Shown: one piece after another, positions 18,126-27,703 of the stretch | Layout of the letters: the number at the start of each line of letters is the position of its first letter | Numbering within the stretch: the stretch's first letter is position 1 | Source of the DNA: Betaproteobacteria bacterium Ga0077523 | GTDB lineage: Bacteria; Pseudomonadota; Gammaproteobacteria; Burkholderiales; Ga0077523 | Length of the DNA: 64,000 bases | Assembly: GCA_001464695.1 (NCBI GenBank) | Contig: LNDQ01000104.1 | Span: 4,748 to 68,747, forward strand | Reading direction: 5' to 3' | Program-made: the position numbers and the translations under genes | Notes under the pieces: model-generated | Databases searched by the model: none | What the model was told of the DNA's origin: nothing | What the model saw: the letters and a program-made list of their open reading frames with translations, nothing else

Positions 18126-19118
18126 TCAGGCCGGCAGTTCGACGTCGATGCTGGTGTTGCCGCGCATGGGCATTTCGAAGGCCCCCTCGTCGCCCAGAAG
18201 ATCGAGCACGAGCTTGGCCGGATTGACGCCGAGTGCGGCGCGCAGCCCGACCCAGGAGGTCGTGAGGCGCGGATTGACGTCGACCACCCGCGGGCCGTCC
18301 TCCGACAGGATGAGGTCGATGCCGAAATACCCGGCGAGCCCCGGCATGGCCCGGGCTACCCGCACGACGAGTGCGGCAAATGCACCGTCCTCGTCCGGCA
18401 GGGCGTTCACCTGGGTTCCGGTGTAGGTGAACACGCCGTCGCGCACGTGCACGCGCTGCCGATTGACGCAAAGGAGCCAGCCGATGCCATCTCGGGCGAG
18501 CGCACACAGGCTGAGCGGTTCACCGCCGACGTAGGGCTGCACGACGAAACGGGCAGCGTCGGGCCGCGACGCGATCCAGCGCCGTGCATGATCGGCCTGC
18601 GCGAACAGCCGCGTATGTTCGCAACCGCAGCCGTCGTCGGGCTTGGCGACCCACGGGCCGCCGAAGGACGAGTGCGGTTCGTCCGGCCGGAACGTCGGCA
18701 CCGAGGCGATGCCGTTCTGAGTGAAGAGGCGATGGGTCTCGCGCTTGCTGGACGCGATGTGGATCGTCTCCGGGGCACTGCCGAGCAGGCGCTGGCCGGC
18801 ATCCAGCACGGACTGCGACAGGCGCTCCAGTTCGCCACCGGTTTCCGGGGCGATCGGCCAAACGGCGTCCGACGACTCGATCAACGCACGCTTGGCGGCG
18901 CGCCAGCGCGGCGCATCGCGCACGATCTCGGACTGGGTGGCTGCCACCGGCGGTGCCACCCGGTGGTCATAGAGCGTCATGACCTGAACGCCCGGCACTC
19001 GCACCAGGTCACGCACCAGTGCATCGCGCATCATGCGGCCTTCCAGCGCGAGCGAGGCGGGGAGCGATCCGCCGAGCATACCCCCCCCGGTGATATGCTC
19101 GTACGCGAAGATGTTCAT
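18126..19118 (-). CDS. ATP-grasp ligase, MfnD (tyramine-glutamate ligase)/Orf1-like
   Basis: YEHITGGG, EGRMM, IAPETGG, KPDDGCG and VNPRLTTS motifs. Confidence 0.85.
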   Translation of the reverse strand: MNIFAYEHITGGGMLGGSLPASLALEGRMMRDALVRDLVRVPGVQVMTLYDHRVAPPVAATQSEIVRDAPRWRAAKRALIESSDAVWPIAPETGGELERLSQSVLDAGQRLLGSAPETIHIASSKRETHRLFTQNGIASVPTFRPDEPHSSFGGPWVAKPDDGCGCEHTRLFAQADHARRWIASRPDAARFVVQPYVGGEPLSLCALARDGIGWLLCVNRQRVHVRDGVFTYTGTQVNALPDEDGAFAALVVRVARAMPGLAGYFGIDLILSEDGPRVVDVNPRLTTSWVGLRAALGVNPAKLVLDLLGDEGAFEMPMRGNTSIDVELPA

Positions 19119-19136
19119 CGAACGTTCCGGTGGCGC

Positions 19137-19838
19137 GTGTTCGTCGTTCCTGTGATCGATCTGAAGGGCGGCCGCGTGGTGCATGCGCGGCGGGGCGAGC
19201 GGTCATCCTATCATCCGCTCGAGACACCGCTGGCGCGTTCGAGCCACCCCCTCGACGTGGTGCGCGGCCTGCTTGCCGTGGCGCCGTTTCGCGCCATGTA
19301 CGTGGCGGATCTGGATGCCATCGGCGGTGCCGGTAGCCACGCCGACTTCGTACGCACGTTGCGTGCCGAATATCCCGCTCTCGAGGTGTGGGTGGACGCC
19401 GGCTGCCGCGATGCGGCGGCGCTCGGGGCGTGGCTGGCGCCGGGGCTGGTGCCCGTGATCGGCACGGAAAGCCTGCCGTCGGCGGCGGCGCTCGCTGCCA
19501 TGCTGGCCGTCTGTCCGGCCGCCATGCTGTCGCTCGACTCGCGCGAGGAGGCCCTGCTGGGACCACCGGAGGTGTTCGCGCAGCCGCAACTATGGCCGGC
19601 GAGCGTGATCGTGATGACCCTCGAGCGGGTCGGCGCCGGCACGGGCCCGGCCGCCGATCGGCTGCGCGCCATCCGCGCCGCTGCGCCGGATTGTCGCGTG
19701 ATAGCGGCGGGCGGGGTGCGCGACGCCCAGGACCTCGAAACGCTGGAAGCCCTGGGGATACACGCCGCACTGGTGGCGAGCGCGATCCACGACGGCAGCC
19801 TGGATCGCTCGACCCTCGCCCGTTTCGCGGGCCGCTAG
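19137..19838 (+). CDS. HisA/HisF-related TIM-barrel protein (Orf17-like, C1 cofactor biosynthesis)
   Basis: PVIDLKGGRVVHA..G.R..Y, YVADLDAI, WVDAG and AAGGVR motifs. Confidence 0.85.
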   Translation: MFVVPVIDLKGGRVVHARRGERSSYHPLETPLARSSHPLDVVRGLLAVAPFRAMYVADLDAIGGAGSHADFVRTLRAEYPALEVWVDAGCRDAAALGAWLAPGLVPVIGTESLPSAAALAAMLAVCPAAMLSLDSREEALLGPPEVFAQPQLWPASVIVMTLERVGAGTGPAADRLRAIRAAAPDCRVIAAGGVRDAQDLETLEALGIHAALVASAIHDGSLDRSTLARFAGR

Positions 19839-19863
19839 CGCGGCGGCCCGGAAACGGTGCTGC

Positions 19864-20373
19864 CTACTTCGGCGAGAACGGGTGCTTGGCCGAGGCCCGC
19901 TTTGCCGTGACTTCCGACGGTTGCGGATCACCGCGCACCGCGCGCTCGATCGACTCCTTCACCGCCTTGTAGTTGTAGTCGTAGATCTTGGCGTCGTCCG
20001 CCGCTTCCCAGTGAATGAACACGCCGACGCAAACGAACACGTCATTGGCTTCGTCCTGGGGAATGGTGCCCTCGGCCACACAGTCAGCCACCGCACGTGC
20101 GACTGCCGCCTGCGCCGGGCCGAACATCTGCACCGCCTGCTTCGCGCCCTTGATGGTGACCTTGTTGAACATCACCGTGTTGGGCTTGCACATGAGGTTC
20201 GGTGCGATGACCGCGAGCAGCGACGTGAAGCCGTCCTTGTTGTTGGTGAGGCAATTGGCGAATGCAGTCTCGGCAGCGCTGCCGCGCGGCCCCAGGATCA
20301 GGTCGATGTGCGCGACCTCGTTGCCATCGCCGACCAGCGATTCGCCGACCATCAGTTTGTTGATCTTTGCCAT
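19864..20373 (-). CDS. fae: formaldehyde-activating enzyme
   Basis: [30 protein letters not shown] and GVFIHW motifs. Confidence 0.97.
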   Translation of the reverse strand: MAKINKLMVGESLVGDGNEVAHIDLILGPRGSAAETAFANCLTNNKDGFTSLLAVIAPNLMCKPNTVMFNKVTIKGAKQAVQMFGPAQAAVARAVADCVAEGTIPQDEANDVFVCVGVFIHWEAADDAKIYDYNYKAVKESIERAVRGDPQPSEVTAKRASAKHPFSPK

Positions 20374-20454
20374 GGTTCTCCTCCGTTCTCGTCGTGGTTG
20401 AACAGCCAACGGTTCGAGGACACTCCTACCCCATCGTGCGCGCGAGACAACGGT

Positions 20455-21297
20455 TCAGTCGCCGGTGGTTCTCCAACCCCATGCATCTTCCAGCAAGCCT
20501 GCGAACAGCGTCGCCACGGTGAGATCGGCACTGGTGCCCGGGTTGATCCCCTGCGCCTTGAGGTCGCCGTCCCACGAGCACAATCGTGCCTGGAATGCCC
20601 TGCTACTGGACGCGTCGCGGACGACGCGCGCCGCTTCCTCACGCAGGGCTACCGCACGGCCCGGTCCCAGTTTGCGCAGTACATGCGAGTCCGGGTAGCG
20701 GCTGAGGAACGCCAAGAATACCTCAGTTGTGCTCTGGCGCCAGTCGAGTCCGCGCCTGCGCCCTGCTGCGAGAGCAGCGTGTCCGGTGCCGAGCACGTCT
20801 GCATAGCCACCGGCGTATTGCGCTGCAATGAAATCGCGTGGTGCGGCTTCACGCATGGCTTCGAGCAGCGTCACCCGTGCCGGTGCGTGCACGTCGTGGC
20901 GATCGCTATGGCCCAGTCCGCCGGGGCGCGCCAGGCGGATGGCCGCGAACGCCTGCTCCGCGTCGTCGACCGTCAGGGCGGCGAGCGTTTCGGCGAGGGT
21001 GCCACCGGGCGACAGCGCGGCGTGCGCGAGCGGTGCGGCAAGCAGCACGATGCCGAGGTTGGTGTTGGTGCCGACCGCAGCCTGCGTGGCCTCGATGGCG
21101 CCGAGGATGCGTTGTCCGACCGTGGATCGCGGCGCGGCGAGCGCCGGCGCAGCCGCTCGCGCACTCGCGATGAACTGGGCCACCGACAGGCCGTGCCCCG
21201 CCCCGTGGAAGCCGACGCTGCCGGGTTTGAGTGCGCTCACGTCCAGTAGACACGCGTCGACGAAGGCCTGCGCGACGATGGCGGACGCTAGCCCCAT
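20455..21297 (-). CDS. CitG-like triphosphoribosyl-dephospho-CoA synthase family (Orf7)
   Basis: ALKPG, NTNLGIVLL, DSH..RK and INPGTSADL motifs. Confidence 0.85.
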   Translation of the reverse strand: MGLASAIVAQAFVDACLLDVSALKPGSVGFHGAGHGLSVAQFIASARAAAPALAAPRSTVGQRILGAIEATQAAVGTNTNLGIVLLAAPLAHAALSPGGTLAETLAALTVDDAEQAFAAIRLARPGGLGHSDRHDVHAPARVTLLEAMREAAPRDFIAAQYAGGYADVLGTGHAALAAGRRRGLDWRQSTTEVFLAFLSRYPDSHVLRKLGPGRAVALREEAARVVRDASSSRAFQARLCSWDGDLKAQGINPGTSADLTVATLFAGLLEDAWGWRTTGD

Positions 21298-22214
21298 CAG
21301 CGCGCCGCCGAATGGGCGAGTGCGAGGTGACGATCGTGGAAATGGCGTGCCAGCCGCTGCGCGATGTCCTCGGTGCTCACCGACTGCAGACCTTTCCAGG
21401 CGGGGATGCCGTTCACCTCGATCACCAGGGGAGTGCCGTCCGCGGTGCGCATCAGATCGACGCCTGCGTAGTCGGCACCGACAGCGGCCACGGCGCGTTC
21501 GGCGAGGCGGCACAGATCCGCTTCGAGCGCTACGGCGTCGCAGCGCGCGCCCAGCGCGACGTTGTGGACCCAGTCGGCACCTTGCCGGGTCATGGCCGCG
21601 ACCGATCGGCCACCGATCACGAACACGCGATAGTCGCGTCCGCCGTCCGCGGCCGGCTCCACGAAGCGCTGTAGATAGTAGACGCCCTGGACCGTCGCGG
21701 GGTCCGGCAGGGAATCGCCGACACCGAGGCGCAACAGGCCTTTGCCTTGCGAGCCGAACAGCGGCTTCAGCACCACGCGGTGGCCGGCGGCGGTCTCGCG
21801 CATGAGGATCGCGCGCGCTTGCGCCACCGATTCGGTCACCCAGGTGGGCGGGGTCGAGATGCCGGCATGCCGCAACAGCATCGAGGTCATGGACTTGTCC
21901 ACGGTGCGTTCGACCGCGCGCGCGGAGTTGCAGACCGGGATGCCCCATTCGGCGAGCGCGTGCAGCAGGCCGAGGCGCAGCGTGACCTGCTCGAAGCTGC
22001 CGGCGGCAATCTCGCGCACCAGCACGCCGTCGGGCAGTGCGTTCTCGAAACCGGGCATCACGATGCCCCAGCGATTCGCTTCCAGGTCGACCCTGCACTG
22101 CCCGAGCGAGACGACGCGTGTCTCGAGACCCAAGGTGGCGAAGGCGCGGGCGAGCCGTCGTCCGTGCCAGCCTGGGGTGTCGGTGGCGATCGCGATCGCG
22201 CGCGCGCCGCTCAC
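21297..22214 (-). CDS. RimK-family alpha-L-glutamate ligase (Orf5-like)
   Basis: GSFEQVTLRL, ERTVDKSMTS, KPLFGSQG and EVNGIPAW motifs. Confidence 0.88.
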   Translation of the reverse strand: MSGARAIAIATDTPGWHGRRLARAFATLGLETRVVSLGQCRVDLEANRWGIVMPGFENALPDGVLVREIAAGSFEQVTLRLGLLHALAEWGIPVCNSARAVERTVDKSMTSMLLRHAGISTPPTWVTESVAQARAILMRETAAGHRVVLKPLFGSQGKGLLRLGVGDSLPDPATVQGVYYLQRFVEPAADGGRDYRVFVIGGRSVAAMTRQGADWVHNVALGARCDAVALEADLCRLAERAVAAVGADYAGVDLMRTADGTPLVIEVNGIPAWKGLQSVSTEDIAQRLARHFHDRHLALAHSAAR

Positions 22215-23188
22215 TTCGCGAACGATTCCCGCAGTCGATCCAGATCGCGTCGTCCGGCCTCGAACACGGCGCCGGTGCCGAGGTTGCACACCCGCACTTC
22301 CGCCGGTGCGAACAGGAGCGGGTCGATCTTGTAGAAGTCGTAGCCGTAGTCCTTGAAGATGCGCGCGAACGGCTTGCCGTAGTCGCGCGAGGCCGAGGCC
22401 GGCAGCGCGTCGGCCAGCGTCCGCGCCGCATCGTCGGTGGTGTCGACGAACAACGTGGTGTGACCGCCGAACAGGATCGCGTCGTTGGTGCGACCCATCG
22501 CCGTCACGAAGTCTGGCGCCGGGGGCGGCAGCGGTGCCCAGCCGGCGCCGTCCACGATGGCGGCGAGGGGAAAGCCGAGGGTGTGCGCCTTGTGCAGCGC
22601 CACTTCCAGCACGCGCGCGACGATCTGCACGGTTCCGGCGAGGCTGCGGGTGGGTGTCAGGATGAACGCGATGCGCTCCACGTCGAGCCCGCAATCGCGC
22701 GCGACCTTCTCGATCACGGTCGCAGGGGGCGGCCGCTCCACCTCGAGCACGAACACGGCCCGATCGGCCCGGTCGGCATAGCCCAATTGGTCGAACAACG
22801 CTTCGCGGCGGGCCAGCGCGCGGCCGGGTCCCGAAGCGAGCGCGCGGAACGCATCGCGGCCATCACCCTCGGCGATGCTCCAGCCGGCGTACTGGCTCGC
22901 CAGGCACGCGAGGACCGGATCGGCGCTGTGTACGTGCACCTGGGTGGTGCCTTCGCCGGGTACGAGCGTGACGGTGCCGAGCCCGCCCATGCAGATCTCG
23001 GCGATCCGGCGGCCGGCCTCGAGACCGCCGCGCATGTCGATCCCGGCGTCGATCAGGGTCGCGCCGCGCGCGCTCCGCGCGAGACCGAGGCGCAGCGTGG
23101 TCGCCGAGCCGATCAGCGCATCCACCAGTGGTGCGGCGAGACCGTTGACGCTCGGCCGGGTGGCGAAGGGCGGTTCCGCTTCGTTCAC
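22211..23188 (-). CDS. mch: methenyl-H4MPT cyclohydrolase
   Basis: EICMGGLG, CLASQYAGW, SGPGRAL, MGRTND and FYKIDPLLFAPA motifs. Confidence 0.95.
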   Translation of the reverse strand: MNEAEPPFATRPSVNGLAAPLVDALIGSATTLRLGLARSARGATLIDAGIDMRGGLEAGRRIAEICMGGLGTVTLVPGEGTTQVHVHSADPVLACLASQYAGWSIAEGDGRDAFRALASGPGRALARREALFDQLGYADRADRAVFVLEVERPPPATVIEKVARDCGLDVERIAFILTPTRSLAGTVQIVARVLEVALHKAHTLGFPLAAIVDGAGWAPLPPPAPDFVTAMGRTNDAILFGGHTTLFVDTTDDAARTLADALPASASRDYGKPFARIFKDYGYDFYKIDPLLFAPAEVRVCNLGTGAVFEAGRRDLDRLRESFAK

Positions 23189-24339
23189 GGCGTGGCTCCG
23201 AGGGCGACGACGGTATCGCGCACTGCGTACTGCACGATTTGCCGCCGGATGGATTCGATGCGCCGGTCAAGTTCGTCTAGCGCTGCGTCCGGCGTCCCGC
23301 CGGTGGCTGCAACCGTCAACACGGGTGCCCCGGCTGCAATCGTGGTGCCCGCTACCGGCTGGTCGCGGCACCAGGCGGGCCAGACCGCGCTCTCGGATAT
23401 CGCCATGTCACGGTCGGCGTAGACGACGCGCAGGGCGCGAGCGGCCGAACGCTCCGTGCGCGCGACGAACTCTCGCAACGGACCTGCGAAGCTCGCGATG
23501 TGCCAATGCACCAGTCCCTCCTCGTAGTCCGCGTCGTAGAGCTCGAAACTCGCCGTTGGGCGCGGATTCACTTCCAGCGCGACAGCGTCGTCGCCGACCA
23601 GCAGGAAATCGAGGCCGTTGAGGCCACGCAGCCCGGTGACCCTGACCAGCCGATCGAGCCGATCCTGCAAGGTTGCACGCAGTCCCCCCGGCAAGCTTAC
23701 GCCCGACACGATACCCGCGTGACACCAGGGCAATGTCCCGATCGCCACCGACAAGAGGCGATTGCAGCCGAGCACGTGGGCCCGTTCGCCGTCCGCCAGG
23801 AACGTGATCGAGAGTGCGATCCCTTCGACCTCCCGCTGATAGTAGTGGTGCGCGGCGTGCTTGCGGCCTGCGGCACGGCGCACGTGAATGCCGCCGGCAC
23901 CGCCGACCCGTTTCTGCAACCAGCCCGCGCGTACCGAGGGTACCGTGCGTTGCGTCTCCGGCACGGTCCAGCCCTGGGCCTGCAGCAATTCCATGGCGAT
24001 GTCCGGATCCTTCAGCGCCCGCACGACGGCGCTGTCATTGGCGCACAGCCGCCCGTGGCGCGCCATGCGATCGAGCCACTGCGGCGAACGCTCGAAGCCG
24101 CTGCCGACGAGGACGGTCGCGTTGCGACCTGCGCTCACCTGCGCCAGCGCGGCCAGCATGCGCCTGCCATCGATGCCGATGCCGTGGTGCAGACCCACGT
24201 TCACCGCATGCCCGGTGCGGCGCGTGTCGGCATCGGCAAAGGCATCGAGGATCACCACCGGTCCATGGCTCCGCGCGGCGGACTGCGCGAGAGCGCGACC
24301 GGACACCGCAACCACCACCAGGGGATCGGACGAGGGCAC
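23185..24339 (-). CDS. ATP-grasp protein (OrfY-like)
   Basis: SGRALAQSA, DAFADADT, GAGGIH, GLNGLDF and LEVNPRP motifs; position between mtdB and mch. Confidence 0.8.
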   Translation of the reverse strand: MPSSDPLVVVAVSGRALAQSAARSHGPVVILDAFADADTRRTGHAVNVGLHHGIGIDGRRMLAALAQVSAGRNATVLVGSGFERSPQWLDRMARHGRLCANDSAVVRALKDPDIAMELLQAQGWTVPETQRTVPSVRAGWLQKRVGGAGGIHVRRAAGRKHAAHHYYQREVEGIALSITFLADGERAHVLGCNRLLSVAIGTLPWCHAGIVSGVSLPGGLRATLQDRLDRLVRVTGLRGLNGLDFLLVGDDAVALEVNPRPTASFELYDADYEEGLVHWHIASFAGPLREFVARTERSAARALRVVYADRDMAISESAVWPAWCRDQPVAGTTIAAGAPVLTVAATGGTPDAALDELDRRIESIRRQIVQYAVRDTVVALGATP

Positions 24340-24350
24340 GGTGAAAGGTT

Positions 24351-25259
24351 TCAGCTCGCCGCGGCCAGTTCGCGTGCCTTGGCGAACGCGTCGCGGAAGT
24401 CGAGATAGACCGCCCGGTCGCCCGTGCGCATGCTTTCGAAGAGCAGCCGTTCGCACTGGTACTTGATGTTGCCGATCGCGAGTGCGCCGATCCCTACGGC
24501 CCGGCCCGAGCCGGCACCAGGCAGTGCGACGCCGTCATCCATGACACCGATGCCCGCGATGCCGGCGGGCGGCACTGCGTTGACGTCGGCAGCCACCAGC
24601 AGCGCCTTCGCCTGGGCGAGCGCCGCGGCCGGCAGGACTTCGGCGCCGGCCTTCGCGGCGCTGATCACTACCTCGGCGCCTGCGGCGAGCGAACCCGCAT
24701 TGGCGCTCGCGGCGAACACCGGGGCGACGGACAGCCCGTAGCGCGCGCGCACCAGTTCGGCCGCAGCCTGGGCGCGGCCAAGGCTCGTATGGCTCGCGAG
24801 TTCCACCCGTGCACCCTCCTGGGCACACAGTGCGGCGGCCACCAGTCCGACCGGGCCCGTGCCGCCGAGCACCAGGACTCTTCGCCCCGACAGTCCGCCG
24901 GGGTGCGTGCGCTTCAAATGTCGTTCCACGGCGGCGACGACCGCGCCGGCCGTGGTGAACGCACCGCTCGGATCGGCGAATACCGAGACTTCGAACGGCG
25001 GCACCATTGCCCTGCGCGCGACGTCGAGCATGTCGAGCGCGACGTCGACGTCGCGCCCACCGATGAAGATGCCGGTGCGGCGCACGCCCTTGGGTCCGCG
25101 CGAGAAGATCGCATCCTGCGTGAGCGCCGCGACACCGGCGGTGCTGACGCCGGTGTACGGGACCACGGCATCGAAGCCGGCGTCATAGGCCATGTTGACG
25201 TCGAACGGGCTCGCCTGTGCGGCCGGGGTGAACAGATGGAGGATGTGAGGTTTTTCCAT
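24351..25259 (-). CDS. mtdB: NAD(P)-dependent methylene-H4MPT dehydrogenase
   Basis: SPFDVNMAYDAG, QDAIFSRGP, DPSGAFTTA, GGTGPVG and DVNAVPPAG motifs. Confidence 0.93.
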   Translation of the reverse strand: MEKPHILHLFTPAAQASPFDVNMAYDAGFDAVVPYTGVSTAGVAALTQDAIFSRGPKGVRRTGIFIGGRDVDVALDMLDVARRAMVPPFEVSVFADPSGAFTTAGAVVAAVERHLKRTHPGGLSGRRVLVLGGTGPVGLVAAALCAQEGARVELASHTSLGRAQAAAELVRARYGLSVAPVFAASANAGSLAAGAEVVISAAKAGAEVLPAAALAQAKALLVAADVNAVPPAGIAGIGVMDDGVALPGAGSGRAVGIGALAIGNIKYQCERLLFESMRTGDRAVYLDFRDAFAKARELAAAS

Positions 25260-25264
25260 GGGAC

Positions 25265-26314
25265 TCAAGGTCGAGCTTGACGGTACCGTTCGGAGTGTTC
25301 GGCAGCGGCGGCATCCCAGGTGTCGAGCCGATGGCCCGCGTTGCGTCCGCGCACCAGGGCGAACTCGAGTTGCGTGCGATCCTTGAAAGCGTGCCGTACT
25401 TCGGTGAGCAGCGCATGGGCGCGCACTTCGGAGTCGAGCAGCGCGAATCCGGTCGGACCCCACGAGGTCTGCCCCACGCCTTCGATGCCGCGCTGCTCGA
25501 ACCACGCGAGCACTTCCGCGACGGCGTCGCTCGCGAAGCGCCCGCCTTGCGCCAGTGCGAAATAGTCGCCGACCACTCGCTGGATCTCGCCGACGGCTGC
25601 GCCGAAGCGCTGGCAATCTTCCTCGGCCAGCGCGGGCATGGCTCGCATCAGTACGAGATGCGCCAGGTGTGCGGCGCGCGCCTGCGGAAACGCCTTCAGG
25701 CGGCGGAACGCATCGCGTTCGGCTTCGCCGTGCAGGCCGCGCTCGTTGCGATCGAAGACGAGCAGCACGCGCCATGCAGGCGGGAAGGGCAGACGCGCGA
25801 TCACAGGTGGTGGGCCGCCGCCCGCGGTGCGACCGCCGTCGACCACGAAGCCGCCCTGTTCAAACGCGCCGATGCCGATACCCGAACGCGCACCTCGGTC
25901 CAGACGTGCGGCAGTTGCGGTGGAGGAGTACGTGATGCCGAACAAGGTGCTGAACGCGCGTCCGATCGCGAACGCGAGCTGCGTTCCGGAGCCGAGCCCC
26001 GCATGCTCAGGAATCGCACGATGTATCCGTACTGCGACACCGTCGGGCGGATCGTGCTCATCGACCAGCCGGCGCAGGTAGTGCAGAGCGCGGTCGGCGT
26101 CGGGGCCCTCGGCGGCCAGGCGATCGGCACGTCGCAGCTCGACCACGGTCGCCAAGTCCTCGAGGGTCAGTCCGATGCTGCCGAAGCGCCGGCCGATACT
26201 GCCGCTCACGTCGATGAAGCCCAGGTGCAGCCGCGCCGGCGCCTCGACGCGCACCAGCGCCGGTGTCGTTGCTGCGCCGCACGGTCCTGCCGGATTCTCG
26301 TTCGTTGCGGTCAT
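25265..26314 (-). CDS. mptG: beta-ribofuranosylaminobenzene 5'-phosphate synthase
   Basis: PARLHLGF, HAGLGSGTQ, RGARSGIG and GQTSWGPT motifs. Confidence 0.92.
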   Translation of the reverse strand: MTATNENPAGPCGAATTPALVRVEAPARLHLGFIDVSGSIGRRFGSIGLTLEDLATVVELRRADRLAAEGPDADRALHYLRRLVDEHDPPDGVAVRIHRAIPEHAGLGSGTQLAFAIGRAFSTLFGITYSSTATAARLDRGARSGIGIGAFEQGGFVVDGGRTAGGGPPPVIARLPFPPAWRVLLVFDRNERGLHGEAERDAFRRLKAFPQARAAHLAHLVLMRAMPALAEEDCQRFGAAVGEIQRVVGDYFALAQGGRFASDAVAEVLAWFEQRGIEGVGQTSWGPTGFALLDSEVRAHALLTEVRHAFKDRTQLEFALVRGRNAGHRLDTWDAAAAEHSERYRQARP

Positions 26315-26457
26315 CGTTCGGACGCGATCGGGAGCCAGGGGCCCTGCGGAATGCGCACCGGGGGAGTGTGCCACAAGCCGACCGCGATTTTTTGAACCGG
26401 GCATTACGGGGTAAGCTCGCGCCGGTCCCGGTCGATCGTCATCCGAACAAGAGTCCG

Positions 26458-27699
26458 ATGCCCCTGCGTGGAGCCACCTGCGGTTTCTGCGGCCTGCTGT
26501 GCGACGATCTCGAAGTCGAGGTCGATGGTGCAGCGCTGCGCGTGGTGCGCGGTGCGTGCGCTCGCAGCGAGGCGGCGCTGGCTGCGCTCGGCGCCGTGGT
26601 CGACCCGGTACCGCGGATCGCTGGAAAACCGGCGTCCCTGGATGCTGCCCTTGCCGCTACGGTCGAGGTGCTCCGCGCCGCACGCCGGCCGGTGATCGGC
26701 GGGCTGGACGTGGATGTTGCCGGCATGCGTTCGGTACTCGCGCTGGCGCGGAGAATCGGCGCCGTGGTCGATCATGCCGGCGGCTCGATCAAGTACCGCA
26801 ACCTGCACGTGTTGCAGGAGTTCGGTGGCATCACGACGACGTTTGCCGAAGCTCGCAACCGCGCCGATCTGGTGCTGCTGGTGGGTGACGGCTGGTGGCG
26901 CCGCTTTCCGCGCTTCGTCGAACGCATCCTGGCTCCGAATGGCACCGAACGCCGCATCGTTACCCTCAGCGCCCTCGATCCTGCGACCCGTCTCACGCTG
27001 CCGAAGGACGCGGATGTCCTGGCCCTCGATGCCCCGCTCACCGGCATGCCGGCCGTCTGTTCGATGTTGAACGCACTGGTGGAGGAACGTCCGGTGAAGC
27101 CGGCGCGTCTCGCCGGCGTGACGCCGCAAGCACTGCAGCGCTGCGCGGAATGGCTGCGCGCGGCGCAATACGGCGTGATCGTCTGGTCGGCCGCGGACCT
27201 CGATTGGCCTCACGCGGAACTGACGGTGCAGGCGATCGCACGGCTCGTGCGCACGCTCAATGGGACGACGCGGTTCGCGGCGCTGCCCCTGGCCGGCAGC
27301 GATGCCGATCTCACGGCCAACGCGGTGCAGACCTGGCAGTCGGGCGTGCCCTTGCCGGCGAGCTACGCGAACCGGTCGGTGGATTTCGATCCGAATCGCT
27401 ATGCGCTGCGCAATGTGCTGGCGCGGGGCGAAGCGGATGCGTTGCTCTGGGTGTCGAGTCTCAGCGGTGCTGCGCCGCCACCGGTGCCTGGTATGCCCTG
27501 TGTCGTGTTGACCCGCGCCGACGTGGAACTCGACACTGCGGCCAACGTTCAGATTCCGGTTGCAACTCCGGGCATCGATGCGGCCGGGCACCTGTTGCGC
27601 GGCGACAAGGTCATCACCCTGCGCTTGCCGCGCCTGCGCGAGGGCGGGCCGCCCGCGGTTTCGACCGTGCTCGACTTGCTGCTCGCGCGGCTGGGTTGA
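26458..27699 (+). CDS. fhcB: formyltransferase/hydrolase complex subunit B
   Basis: CGFCGLLCDDL, TTTFAEARNRAD and PVATPGID motifs; heads the fhcBADC operon. Confidence 0.88.
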   Translation: MPLRGATCGFCGLLCDDLEVEVDGAALRVVRGACARSEAALAALGAVVDPVPRIAGKPASLDAALAATVEVLRAARRPVIGGLDVDVAGMRSVLALARRIGAVVDHAGGSIKYRNLHVLQEFGGITTTFAEARNRADLVLLVGDGWWRRFPRFVERILAPNGTERRIVTLSALDPATRLTLPKDADVLALDAPLTGMPAVCSMLNALVEERPVKPARLAGVTPQALQRCAEWLRAAQYGVIVWSAADLDWPHAELTVQAIARLVRTLNGTTRFAALPLAGSDADLTANAVQTWQSGVPLPASYANRSVDFDPNRYALRNVLARGEADALLWVSSLSGAAPPPVPGMPCVVLTRADVELDTAANVQIPVATPGIDAAGHLLRGDKVITLRLPRLREGGPPAVSTVLDLLLARLG

Positions 27700-27703
27700 T
27701 GCG

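Noticed and set aside
17352-19136. Apparent 828-aa ORF (17352-19838) suggesting a large HisA fusion
   Set aside because: Only the last 233 aa are HisA-like; the rest is the antisense of mfnF/mfnD-like genes.
20455-22431. Apparent 658-aa CitG-like protein
   Set aside because: The N-terminal part is an alternative frame over orf5 and mch; the real start is at 21297.
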